A stretch of DNA of 35,320 bases, taken from assembly GCA_003650545.1 (NCBI GenBank), contig QMQO01000013.1, positions 1 through 35,320 of the forward strand, read 5' to 3'. Each line of letters begins with the position of its first letter. Position 1 is the stretch's first letter. Below, piece by piece: positions 22,057 to 30,679 of this stretch. The notes beneath the pieces are model-generated. The model was given only the letters and a program-made list of their open reading frames with translations. It was not told the origin of the DNA and made no database searches. Origin of the DNA: Candidatus Woesearchaeota archaeon. GTDB lineage: Archaea; Nanobdellota; Nanobdellia; Woesearchaeales; B72-G16. Made by a program: the position numbers and the translations under genes.

Positions 22057-23706
22057 ATGAAAGAATATTTTCCTACCTATAGGGTTTATAACAAACTTGT
22101 TAAGGACTGTAAATGGTCTGAAAGGCCTCTTTTAAAAGAAGCCTTAAAAGTTATTAATTGCGGCTATCCTGGAGTCTATATTGTAAAATTACCTACTGGC
22201 TATGGTAAAACTAGTTTGATGTTCACCCATGCTCTTTCTTCTTTAGCAGGAAAATGCTCTTTTTCAACAGTTTACGCTTCACCTTTAAGAAGCCTTGCCG
22301 ACGACGTTTACAGTAGATGGATGGAAATTGCTGATAAGATTCTTGGAGAATGTTCGAAACAAATTTCAGGGCTACAACATATGGGTGTTAGCGGTAGCAT
22401 CTACATGAATAAGCCCGTAATATTCACCACACTTGATACTTTATCTCTACATGTATTTAAAAATCCTCCAGCAGAAATGAGGAAATCCTTAAAAGGAAAA
22501 AGAGGACATTACGAGGTTTCACGAGGTGCACTAGCTGATGCCACTATTTTTCTTGACGAACCACATTTAGCAATATATGATAAAGCTATGTTAAAGGCTC
22601 TTTTAGCGCTTATATCCTTCTTAAAGTTTATTGGATCTACAGTTGTTCTTGTTACAGCTACGTTACCTCGGAAACTAGAAAACATAATAAATGAATCAAT
22701 TGGAGGTTTAAGAGGTAAGCTTTCTTACGGTGAAAAAGGAATTGTCGACGAAAAATTTGAAAAAGAGCAAACCACAAAATCTATAATCACAAACGTCCAT
22801 GCAACTACTCTCACTAAAGCTGTTAGCGAAAAAATTAGAGAAATGAAAGATAAGAGAGTTATAATGGTTTTTAACAATCGAAAAAGAGCTGTTGAAACCT
22901 ATAATAATATCAGTAAATATTTAGATGAAGTCTATTTGCTTCATGGCTTCATGATAAGAAGAGATAGAGAGACTATAGAAGAAGATTTAAGAAGAAGGGC
23001 TCGAAAAAGAAAAGAGTTCATTCTAATAGCCACCCAAGTAATTGAGGCTGGCTTTGATATTTCAGCAGAATGGTTAATCACAGAGGCAGCTCCGGCATCT
23101 TCATTAGTACAGAGGGCAGGAAGAGTTGCTAGATGGAATAAAGACGATGAGGGTCTAATAGATATATATTCTCCACCCTCTTCCAGACCTTATAATGAGG
23201 AAGAGATAAAAAATGCTTTGAAAATAGCTAAACATTATAAAATAGCTTGGAGGAACACCATCGTAGCCAGCAGTGTACTTAGCTACATTGATTTCATTGA
23301 AATGGCCTCAGTAGTCCCAAAAATTAATAGGGGAGAAGTCAAATGGATATCAACATTAGTGATCGATCCTTTAAGAGGACATTTAACTTTATTCAAGAGA
23401 ATAATTGAAGGTAAATTATTGAGATCCTCAAGAATTATACCAGTATATGTCGAGGGAAGAGTTAAGGATGGAGAAGCCCTAACCGACATTTTCCTACTAA
23501 AAAATATATTAAACGAGAAAGGTATTATTGGCTACGTAGCTGAGAATGAAGAAAGAACAGATTCTCGTCATGCTCAGAAGGCTGAAAGAATTGTAAATAC
23601 CTTGTTAAAAGACGTTTTAGAGGGATTCGCCTATATGCTAGAAGAAAGAATAGACGGGATCTTAATCAAGGAAGAAACTTACAATAGGTGGGCATATGGT
23701 AGCTGA
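22057..23706 (+). CDS. cas3: CRISPR-associated helicase Cas3'
   Basis: Walker A LPTGYGKT, DEPH, TATLP, ATQVIEAGFDI and QRAGRVAR. No N-terminal HD domain. Confidence 0.96.
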   Translation: MKEYFPTYRVYNKLVKDCKWSERPLLKEALKVINCGYPGVYIVKLPTGYGKTSLMFTHALSSLAGKCSFSTVYASPLRSLADDVYSRWMEIADKILGECSKQISGLQHMGVSGSIYMNKPVIFTTLDTLSLHVFKNPPAEMRKSLKGKRGHYEVSRGALADATIFLDEPHLAIYDKAMLKALLALISFLKFIGSTVVLVTATLPRKLENIINESIGGLRGKLSYGEKGIVDEKFEKEQTTKSIITNVHATTLTKAVSEKIREMKDKRVIMVFNNRKRAVETYNNISKYLDEVYLLHGFMIRRDRETIEEDLRRRARKRKEFILIATQVIEAGFDISAEWLITEAAPASSLVQRAGRVARWNKDDEGLIDIYSPPSSRPYNEEEIKNALKIAKHYKIAWRNTIVASSVLSYIDFIEMASVVPKINRGEVKWISTLVIDPLRGHLTLFKRIIEGKLLRSSRIIPVYVEGRVKDGEALTDIFLLKNILNEKGIIGYVAENEERTDSRHAQKAERIVNTLLKDVLEGFAYMLEERIDGILIKEETYNRWAYGS

Positions 23707-24472
23707 TAAACGCATCCTAGAACCCTATGAGCCACTTGCCTACTGTAGTGGGAAAAACGTAGAGACATTAACTGAACATATATCCACGATGCTATCAATA
23801 TATGATATTTACTTTAGTAGATGGAATTGGGAGCAAATATCATCATCTAGAATAAACATTTCAGCAAACATTATTGATAAAGCAGTAAAATGTACCGTCA
23901 TTCTGCATGATATAGGAAAGCTATTTTATCAGGATAGGATTAAAACCGGAAGAAGCACGACACTTCATGAATATTATTCCTTACTCATAACTGAGAAAAT
24001 TGGAGACCAACTCGTAAAGCATTTAGAAGATACCAGAAAAGTGTTAGACTCTCTAGAATGGGCTCTTCTGATACATCATATGAGCTTAAGGGATCCCTTA
24101 AAAATATCTGGTAACATAACGAACATTGCTGAATACTGGAAAGTCCCTCTCACAGTAAAAATAACTACTGAAATCTCTGAATGGATTAGTAGGATCTTTA
24201 AACACTATCTTGGTTTTGAAGTTAAATTGCAGGTAGGTTCAGTATTATCGTTACGCGAGATCAATAAAATAATTCGAAGACTTTTAGCCAACTTTTGGGA
24301 TTTGTATCCCTTAACGTTAAGATTAATTAGAATTTTAATTATTACTGACAATTATGCTGCCGCTTTAAATAGGGGTGGAACCCCAGCTAAAAAAGTTTTT
24401 CTCAGAGATCTCCCCAACGCGAAAGATCTTGTTGAGGCTAAAAGGAGGCTAAGAGAATGGCTTCAAGACTAG
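23696..24472 (+). CDS. cas3'': CRISPR-associated HD nuclease Cas3''
   Basis: LTEH, LHDIGK, HEYYS, IHHM and TDNYAA motifs. A separate gene after the helicase, as in subtype I-A. Confidence 0.93.
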   Translation: MVADKRILEPYEPLAYCSGKNVETLTEHISTMLSIYDIYFSRWNWEQISSSRINISANIIDKAVKCTVILHDIGKLFYQDRIKTGRSTTLHEYYSLLITEKIGDQLVKHLEDTRKVLDSLEWALLIHHMSLRDPLKISGNITNIAEYWKVPLTVKITTEISEWISRIFKHYLGFEVKLQVGSVLSLREINKIIRRLLANFWDLYPLTLRLIRILIITDNYAAALNRGGTPAKKVFLRDLPNAKDLVEAKRRLREWLQD

Positions 24473-25116
24473 CTATATTAACCTTAGGTTTCGACTTGAA
24501 ATTTCAGCTTAGAACTTTATCTAAATTTAGCGGCAAGATAGATAAGGTAGTTATTGTGAGACCTGAGGATACAAGTGAAAAGAGCAAAAAGGCCGAAAAA
24601 GAGCTTGTAGAATTCGTCAAGGAAATTCTAGGACTTGAAGTTAATGTCATTAAACTGAAAGTAGAAAATCCTGGAGAAGCTATAGCCAACCTTTATTCTT
24701 ATTTAGTGAAAGAAACACCCTCTAGTGTTATCGCTGATCTAAGCGGCGGTATGAGAGCACTAATATTGGAGGTTCTGGCTTCTTTAATGAATGCTCTACC
24801 ACTAGAAAGGACTAAAATAATCATCTGGACTGAGAACTTGAAGACCCGCTTAGAAATATGCCCTCGAATATTTGCCTTACCTCAGCTTGATGAACTAAGT
24901 ATTAAGATCTTATCGGTGCTAAGTGACGGCGTACCTCGAAGACTAAAAGAATTAACCATTAATGTGAATGCTCCTAAAACTACTGTCTTCACAAAACTTA
25001 AGAAATTAGTGGAGAGTGGACTAGTATACGAATCAAGAGAAAGACCCGGCATTAAATATATGATAACGAATACTGGTAGAATAGCTCTTAAAATAGTCGA
25101 AGCAAAAACTAAATAA
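24457..25116 (+). CDS. csa3: CRISPR-associated CARF + wHTH regulator Csa3
   Basis: Canonical CARF motifs TLGFD and DLSGGMR; C-terminal HTH PKTTVFTKLKKLVESGLV..YMITNTG. Confidence 0.93.
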   Translation: MASRLAILTLGFDLKFQLRTLSKFSGKIDKVVIVRPEDTSEKSKKAEKELVEFVKEILGLEVNVIKLKVENPGEAIANLYSYLVKETPSSVIADLSGGMRALILEVLASLMNALPLERTKIIIWTENLKTRLEICPRIFALPQLDELSIKILSVLSDGVPRRLKELTINVNAPKTTVFTKLKKLVESGLVYESRERPGIKYMITNTGRIALKIVEAKTK

Positions 25117-25404
25117 AAATACCTTTTTATTGCCGATTTTAAATTCTATTCCTCCAAAACCTATAAAAAGCTACTAGGAAGACTATTAAGTCGACGGCTT
25201 AGTCCAGTAGCCTTTTATATTCTGATACTTGGAGTACCAGGGTATTAAAGGAGGAAGTAAACCCTCTGATATATTCTACATGTATTCCAGAACTACGATT
25301 AGTCTAGAAAGTGACAACTATCTTATTAGGATCTGAAAAGCTATGAAAAGTGCAAGAAATATACATATTACCGGTGTTCCACAAATTTGACCTAATCGAA
25401 GATT

Positions 25405-25914
25405 CTAGCAAAGCTCTTCATATATTCTCAAATCTTTATCTTCCAAGTATTTTAAGATATACTCTATTAGGTGTTTTGCTATCCATTTTGATAGTTTTTC
25501 GACTGTTTTTTCGTATTGTTTGTGGCCGTAGTGTTCGTCTATTTTCTTGCATATGGATTCCACGTGTTTTCTTATGTGCCTGTTTTTGGCTATGGCTTGT
25601 ATGAGTAGGCTTCTTGGTAGGTTGAGGTTGGCTGAAATCTCTTTAAGCAGGCTGTATGGGAGTTCTGTTAGACCTATGACGGGCAATATTATCTTCACGC
25701 TGTTTTCGCCTTTGATTATAGTGCCGAAGGGGATGCCTGTGTTGCCACTGTGATGTTTAATGTAGTGTCGTATAGCCTCCTTTATGGCCTCTTCCCTCGA
25801 CCCATGGATACCATACTTGACGAGTAGGTCTATCTCCTCGATCACGCCGGGATCAAGGAAAACACATTCAGGTCTCCTATTTTTATCCCTAGTCTCCATA
25901 CCCATTGAAACCAT
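25405..25914 (-). CDS. Ribbon-helix-helix (CopG/Arc-like) DNA-binding protein, probably two tandem RHH units
   Basis: CVFLDPGVIEEIDLLVKYGIHGSREEAIKEAIRHY is a classic RHH pattern. A second similar unit follows: IGLTELPYSLLKEISANLNLPRSLLIQAI. Confidence 0.7.
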   Translation of the reverse strand: MVSMGMETRDKNRRPECVFLDPGVIEEIDLLVKYGIHGSREEAIKEAIRHYIKHHSGNTGIPFGTIIKGENSVKIILPVIGLTELPYSLLKEISANLNLPRSLLIQAIAKNRHIRKHVESICKKIDEHYGHKQYEKTVEKLSKWIAKHLIEYILKYLEDKDLRIYEELC

Positions 25915-26109
25915 TCATAAAATTTTCAACGGCAGATTTTAAATTTATATTTTCATCTATTTAATGGTATTTACTTTGTATTTGGATGTCAAGTACCAAA
26001 TGTTACTTCGTTGTTCGGCTTCACGCCTGTTCTTTGCTTCCACTGTATGGTGTGCTAATGTAGCTTATGGACAGGGTAAAAAGAATACAATTTAAAAATA
26101 TTTTAAATT

Positions 26110-27141
26110 TTAGAGTAATTTGATGCTTCTTAGTAGGACTTTTTCTCCTCTGTAGTCTGGGAGTAGTATTGGCGCTTTCCTGGTTTTCGGCACCCCTGCT
26201 TTAGCCAGCTCCTTCATGTATACTTTAAGGTGGTTTAGGGATATTTTCGGCTTTGAGTTATTTGACTTCACGGTTTTGGCGGTGTTGATGCCTGTCCTTC
26301 TTCCGAAGACGAGTATGTCTGCCAGCGAGTTGCCTACGAGCCTGTTTCTGCCGTGGACTCCTCCGGCAACTTCACCGGCTACGAACAAGCCTGGAATTGG
26401 TTTACCGTCTGGCTTAAGGGCCCTTCCATAGGGATCTATCTCTAGGCCACCGTTCTGGTAGTGGAGCGTCGGGTAGATTAGTATTGGATCCACTGTTATA
26501 TCTATCCCCTGTCTCTTGAACATCCTGTATAATGCTGGAAGCTCTCTTTTGATGGTGCCTGGTTCCCGAATCTCCTCGATAACCGGTGTATCCAGCCAGA
26601 CTGCATGAGCCCCTATGGGCGTCACAACTCCCCTTCCTTCCGCATACTCCCTGATTATAGCTGAAGCAACCACGTCCCTTGGCTCCAGCTCGTATATGAA
26701 CAGTTCACCCTTGATGTTGACTAGCTGGCCGCCCAGGCTACGCGTCTTCTCGGGGATCAACTCTCCTCTGATGGTCTCGGGCCAGGCCGCCCTGGTTGGG
26801 TGGTACTGGAGTATATCCACGTCCCTCAGCTTGGCTCCCACCCTATACCCTAATGCCGGCGAAAACTCGAGGACAGGTATACCTACGTTGATGGCTTCAT
26901 CCTTAATGACCTCATAACCTCTAGGCCTGTATAGTCGCGTGCACAATGAAGTCTCCTACGGCAGGCGCCGCCAGCATACTCCATATATCTCCTGAAGGCT
27001 CCTATTGAACATGACGCTTAGATCTTCAAGCCACTTTATTATTAGAGGCGCGTCGCTTACAAGAGCTTTAACGAGCTCCGGCTTGTTGACAAAGTGTCCG
27101 CCACCCATGGTGTCGAGGTGGTGTAGCATAGGGCTGTCCTC
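26110..27141 (-). pseudogene. Disrupted fumarate reductase/succinate dehydrogenase-family flavoprotein subunit (TfrA/FrdA-like); N-terminus lost
   Basis: The C-terminal motifs QYHPT, RDVVA, LHYQNGG and GLFVAGEVAGGVHGRNRLVGNSL are present. Upstream fragments in other frames read EDSPMLHHLDTMGGGHFVNKPELV..WLEDLSVMF and AGGACRRRLHCARDYTG. This implies two frameshifts, an internal deletion and no GxGxxG FAD-binding start. Confidence 0.85.
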
Positions 27142-27224
27142 AAGGCCTCTTTAACGTCCAGCGGCAAACAGACATTCGCCCTGCTAATTGCTTGGAAAAC
27201 GGCATCCTCCATAACGTTGTACAT
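27141..27224 (-). pseudogene. N-terminal remnant of Fe-S fumarate hydratase/tartrate dehydratase alpha subunit
   Basis: MYNVMEDAVFQAISRANVCLPLDVKEAL resembles the A...LPxDV..AL start of FumA/TtdA alpha subunits. It is truncated after ~28 codons. Confidence 0.7.
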
Positions 27225-27449
27225 CCCCTTCGACGAAAAATAAACCCGCCCAACCAAGTCCCTTATGTTTAAAGTAAAGTTACATGTAAAAGCTTTTATC
27301 TAAACAGGGAGAAAACATGCTTATAGATAAAGCATAGTTCATCTATATCTGTCCCATTTATAAATGTACGAATGGTCTCAAACGGGCGTTCTCCGCTATA
27401 ATGTATAATAGATTTATATGCTAAACACCACTACAGAAACGGGATTTCA

Positions 27450-28793
27450 ATGCCAAAAGAAAAGAAAGTAGACTGGTTTTCCATAGCTAATGAACTTCAC
27501 TTAAAATATAAAGGTAAAATAGAGGTGGTTCCCAAGGTACCGGTAACTAAGTTAAAGGCCTTCGCCATCTGGTATACACCTGGGGTCGCCGGCCCCTGCA
27601 GGAAAATATTTCAGGAAGGCAAAGACCTCTCATTCGAATATACAGTAAGATGGAACTACGCACTAGTTATAAGCGACGGCACCAGGGTTCTTGGGCTAGG
27701 CAATATAGGGCCAGAGGCAGGTATGCCAGTAATGGAGGGTAAGGCACTATTATTCAAATACCTGGGCGGCGTCGACGCTATACCGTTAGTAGTTAACGAA
27801 CATGACCCAGATAAATTCATGTACATAGTTAAGGCTCTGGAGCCCAGCTTCGGGGCCGTCAACCTAGAGGATATAGAAAGCCCGAAGTGCTTCTATATAT
27901 TGGAGAAGCTGAACGAGATTCTGGATATACCTGTATGGCACGACGACCAGCAGGGAACAGCGTTAGTAACATTGGCTGGATTAATAAACGCCCTCAAAAT
28001 AGTCGGTAAAAAACTCCATGAAGCAAAGATAACTCTTGTAGGCGCCGGAGCAGCAAACATAGCTACATACAAGTATCTGAAGATAGCTGGCGCCGATCCA
28101 AGGAAAATGCTTGTTGTGGATAGCAAAGGTATCCTACATCAACATAGAAAAGATATGGAGACTCTTAGGAAACACAATCCATGGAAATATAGGATAGCTT
28201 TAGAAACGAACCCTGAAGGCAAGACCGGTGGAATTAAAGAAGCCCTCGAAGGGGCAGATGTAGTCATAGCTGCATCGAGGCCGGGACCTGGCGTCATAAG
28301 GAAGGAGTGGATAAAGGCCATGGCAAACGACCCAATAGTATTTGCTGAAGCTAATCCAGTACCAGAGATATGGCCTTGGGAGGCCAAGGAGGCAGGCGCC
28401 AGGATCATCGCAACAGGGAGAAGCGATTTCCCCAACCAGATAAACAACAGCCTAGGCTTCCCAGCAGTATTTAGGGGAATATTAACTGTAAGATCAAGGA
28501 AGATGACCGACTCCATGTTCATCGCGGCCGCAGAGGCTCTGGTTAAATACGCAGAGCAGAAGGGTATCCACGAGGAGTACATAATTCCGGCTATGGAGGA
28601 GGCGGAAGCCTACGTGATGGAAGCCATTGCAGTAGCAGAGAAAGCCATGGAGGAGGGGGTAGCTAGAAGAAAAATATCAAGGTCAGAGCTTGAGCAGGAG
28701 GTCAGGGAACTAATAATGAGACCGAGAAAGTACATGGAAGTAGCCCTAAGGGAAGGACTAATAACAATAGAATCCCCCTATCCGGTTGATTAA
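27450..28793 (+). CDS. mae: NAD(P)-dependent malic enzyme (malate oxidoreductase)
   Basis: YTPGVA, DGTRVLGLG, PVMEGK, NLEDI, HDDQQGT, GAGAA, ANPVPE and ATGRSDFPNQ motifs. Confidence 0.96.
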   Translation: MPKEKKVDWFSIANELHLKYKGKIEVVPKVPVTKLKAFAIWYTPGVAGPCRKIFQEGKDLSFEYTVRWNYALVISDGTRVLGLGNIGPEAGMPVMEGKALLFKYLGGVDAIPLVVNEHDPDKFMYIVKALEPSFGAVNLEDIESPKCFYILEKLNEILDIPVWHDDQQGTALVTLAGLINALKIVGKKLHEAKITLVGAGAANIATYKYLKIAGADPRKMLVVDSKGILHQHRKDMETLRKHNPWKYRIALETNPEGKTGGIKEALEGADVVIAASRPGPGVIRKEWIKAMANDPIVFAEANPVPEIWPWEAKEAGARIIATGRSDFPNQINNSLGFPAVFRGILTVRSRKMTDSMFIAAAEALVKYAEQKGIHEEYIIPAMEEAEAYVMEAIAVAEKAMEEGVARRKISRSELEQEVRELIMRPRKYMEVALREGLITIESPYPVD

Positions 28794-29280
28794 ACAGAAA
28801 ATGTTTTTATAACAATCTATTCAGCAATGTGTATTAGTATATTATAGAAATAAGAGATTATAAAGAATCGATTTACCACCGTTTTTCCTGTTAAATTCAC
28901 TCGTAAATGTTCTTCTATACTCTAGGATGAAGAATAAATAATATGGTTTCATAGTATATGTCCCATTCTTTATTTTATTTTTGGCTGTTCTTTGGTTTAC
29001 AAGCAGGATGCTCCTGTACTTACCTAAAAATTGGTGGGAGAAACCATTATCAACACCACTAAGAGGAAAACCGGAAAGGGAGGGCACCCGTTACCCCCAA
29101 AGGGATCCTAAGTAATCCATCTATTATGGAAGTAAGGTGAAAGCAGAATACATACTTTAAATTATAGTGTCGATTGCCAGCTACTCTAATTCGCTTCTTG
29201 TGAAAATCATGTAGGCTCTAAAAGTGGCAGAGATATGAATAATGTCACTACTATTAAGCTTAATAGATTTTGTCCGATAA

Positions 29281-29380
29281 ACGCCGGGAGGGCGGCTTCA
29301 AGACTCCTATTCTGCATCGACAGGCACCGCAAAGCCCGCCTTACGAGGAGTGCCGTCATCGGCTAAGCCTGACGGCCTCC
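29281..29380 (-). ncRNA. Putative structured ncRNA, copy A of an unassigned two-copy motif
   Basis: GC-rich island in an AT-rich intergenic region, with a TATA-like CTTAAAG ~25 nt upstream on the minus strand. It shares core, linkers and a covarying hairpin with 32240-32352. Confidence 0.6.
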
Positions 29381-29652
29381 AAGTCAAGTATTAACACACA
29401 AGCTTTAAGCTTCCATAGCCTCCAAAATACCCTAAGCACTCAAATAAGCAAATAGTCTTCTTCTTTAGAAAGCTAATGCTAGGAATTGGATTTCCTATAT
29501 CTATCATCCACTATAGCAGGGATTTCCTTGGAGAAACATACGAATATTCGTTGACAGTAAGTTTAAATACGTTTGTATCATATTAGGAGCTAGAAGCATT
29601 CAAATGTACTTCCGGAGACCCTGAGATGAATAAAGTAAAGTAGATATAAAAG

Positions 29653-29700
29653 ATGATGAAGGTTTCTGGTTCGGAGCTGTGAAGACAGCTTGATTACTGA
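29653..29700 (+). ncRNA. Archaeal C/D-box sRNA (2'-O-methylation guide)
   Basis: Box C ATGATGA 29653-29659, 12-nt guide AGGTTTCTGGTT, box D' CGGA, box C' GTGAAGA 29679-29685, 11-nt guide CAGCTTGATTA and box D CTGA 29697-29700. Spacing is canonical and the site is intergenic. Confidence 0.75.
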
Positions 29701-29744
29701 TAACTTTGGGTCAATATACTCTCTGGGGTCTTAAGGCTATCTTG

Positions 29745-30635
29745 CTATGAACCTGTATTTTTCTTTGGGGAAGATTCCTCTTTTTTCTCCTCGAAACCGG
29801 TGATTTCTCCTAGCCCCTTTAAACCTAGGACGTTTAGAGGTACGTTAACCTGCGGGATGTTTGACGGTACAAATATAAGAGTATTGGTGCCTGGTTGTCT
29901 GCCGATCTCATACAGCATATTCATCCACCTTAATGTAAGTGCGCCAGGAACGTTATTGTAATTTTTAGCCGCTTCAATGATCTTTGTTGAAGCTTCATAC
30001 TCGGCCTGCGCCAAGGTTACCCTGGCTTGCCTTTCTCTTTCAGCCTGCGCCTGCCTAGACATGGCATCCTGAAGTATTTGGGGGATTATAACATCCTTTA
30101 CTTCCACTGATATCACCTTAATACCCCATTGCTCAGTTTTCTCGTCAATGATCTTTCTAAGCTCCTCTCCAACCTTTTCCCTGTGGGATAAAAGCTCCTG
30201 CAGGTCTATTCTTCCAATAACCTCCCTCAAGGTGGTTTGAGCAGCCCATAGGGTAGCCTGATAATAGTTCTCGACATTTAGAATAACTTTCTCGGGATCA
30301 ATTACCTTAGCGTACATTACGGCATCTACATTCACGGGAACATTATCTTTTGTCAAAGTTTGTTCCGATGAAAAGGATATGGTTTGAACCCTCAACGAAA
30401 CCTTTGAGGGTATCCTATCTATCAACGGTATGACATAGATTATTCCAGGACCCTTCAAACCCATGTAGCGGCCAAGCCTTAGAACAGGGGCTCTCTCCCA
30501 TTCTTTAATTATCCTGATGCCACTTAGGAAGAAAAGTATGATGGAGAAGACTATTATGGACCAGAACATTAAGGTAAGATCCGCCTCCTGGAGAGCCAGA
30601 AACTCCATCCCCATTTTAAAAACTGCTTCTATCAT
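29745..30635 (-). CDS. SPFH-domain (stomatin/slipin) membrane protein
   Basis: N-terminal TM helix, then EWERAPVLRLGR, GPGII, TKDNV, AQTTLREVIG, WGIKV and AMSRQAQAERE. Downstream of nfeD. Confidence 0.95.
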   Translation of the reverse strand: MIEAVFKMGMEFLALQEADLTLMFWSIIVFSIILFFLSGIRIIKEWERAPVLRLGRYMGLKGPGIIYVIPLIDRIPSKVSLRVQTISFSSEQTLTKDNVPVNVDAVMYAKVIDPEKVILNVENYYQATLWAAQTTLREVIGRIDLQELLSHREKVGEELRKIIDEKTEQWGIKVISVEVKDVIIPQILQDAMSRQAQAERERQARVTLAQAEYEASTKIIEAAKNYNNVPGALTLRWMNMLYEIGRQPGTNTLIFVPSNIPQVNVPLNVLGLKGLGEITGFEEKKEESSPKKNTGS

Positions 30636-30679
30636 TTTAACCGCCGGATATTATATAGTTGACAGTTAAATAAACTTAT

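Noticed and set aside
25170..25213. Imperfect hairpin GCTACT...AGTAGC after csa3 containing GACGGCTTAG
   Set aside because: It lacks the rest of the two-copy RNA motif. At most it is a terminator-associated structure, and the evidence is insufficient.
29270..29455. Small ORFs overlapping the ncRNA copies (29270-29455, 32173-32409, 32257-32478), two sharing CRHRLSL
   Set aside because: The shared peptide only reflects the conserved nucleotide core, and the flanking translation is not conserved.
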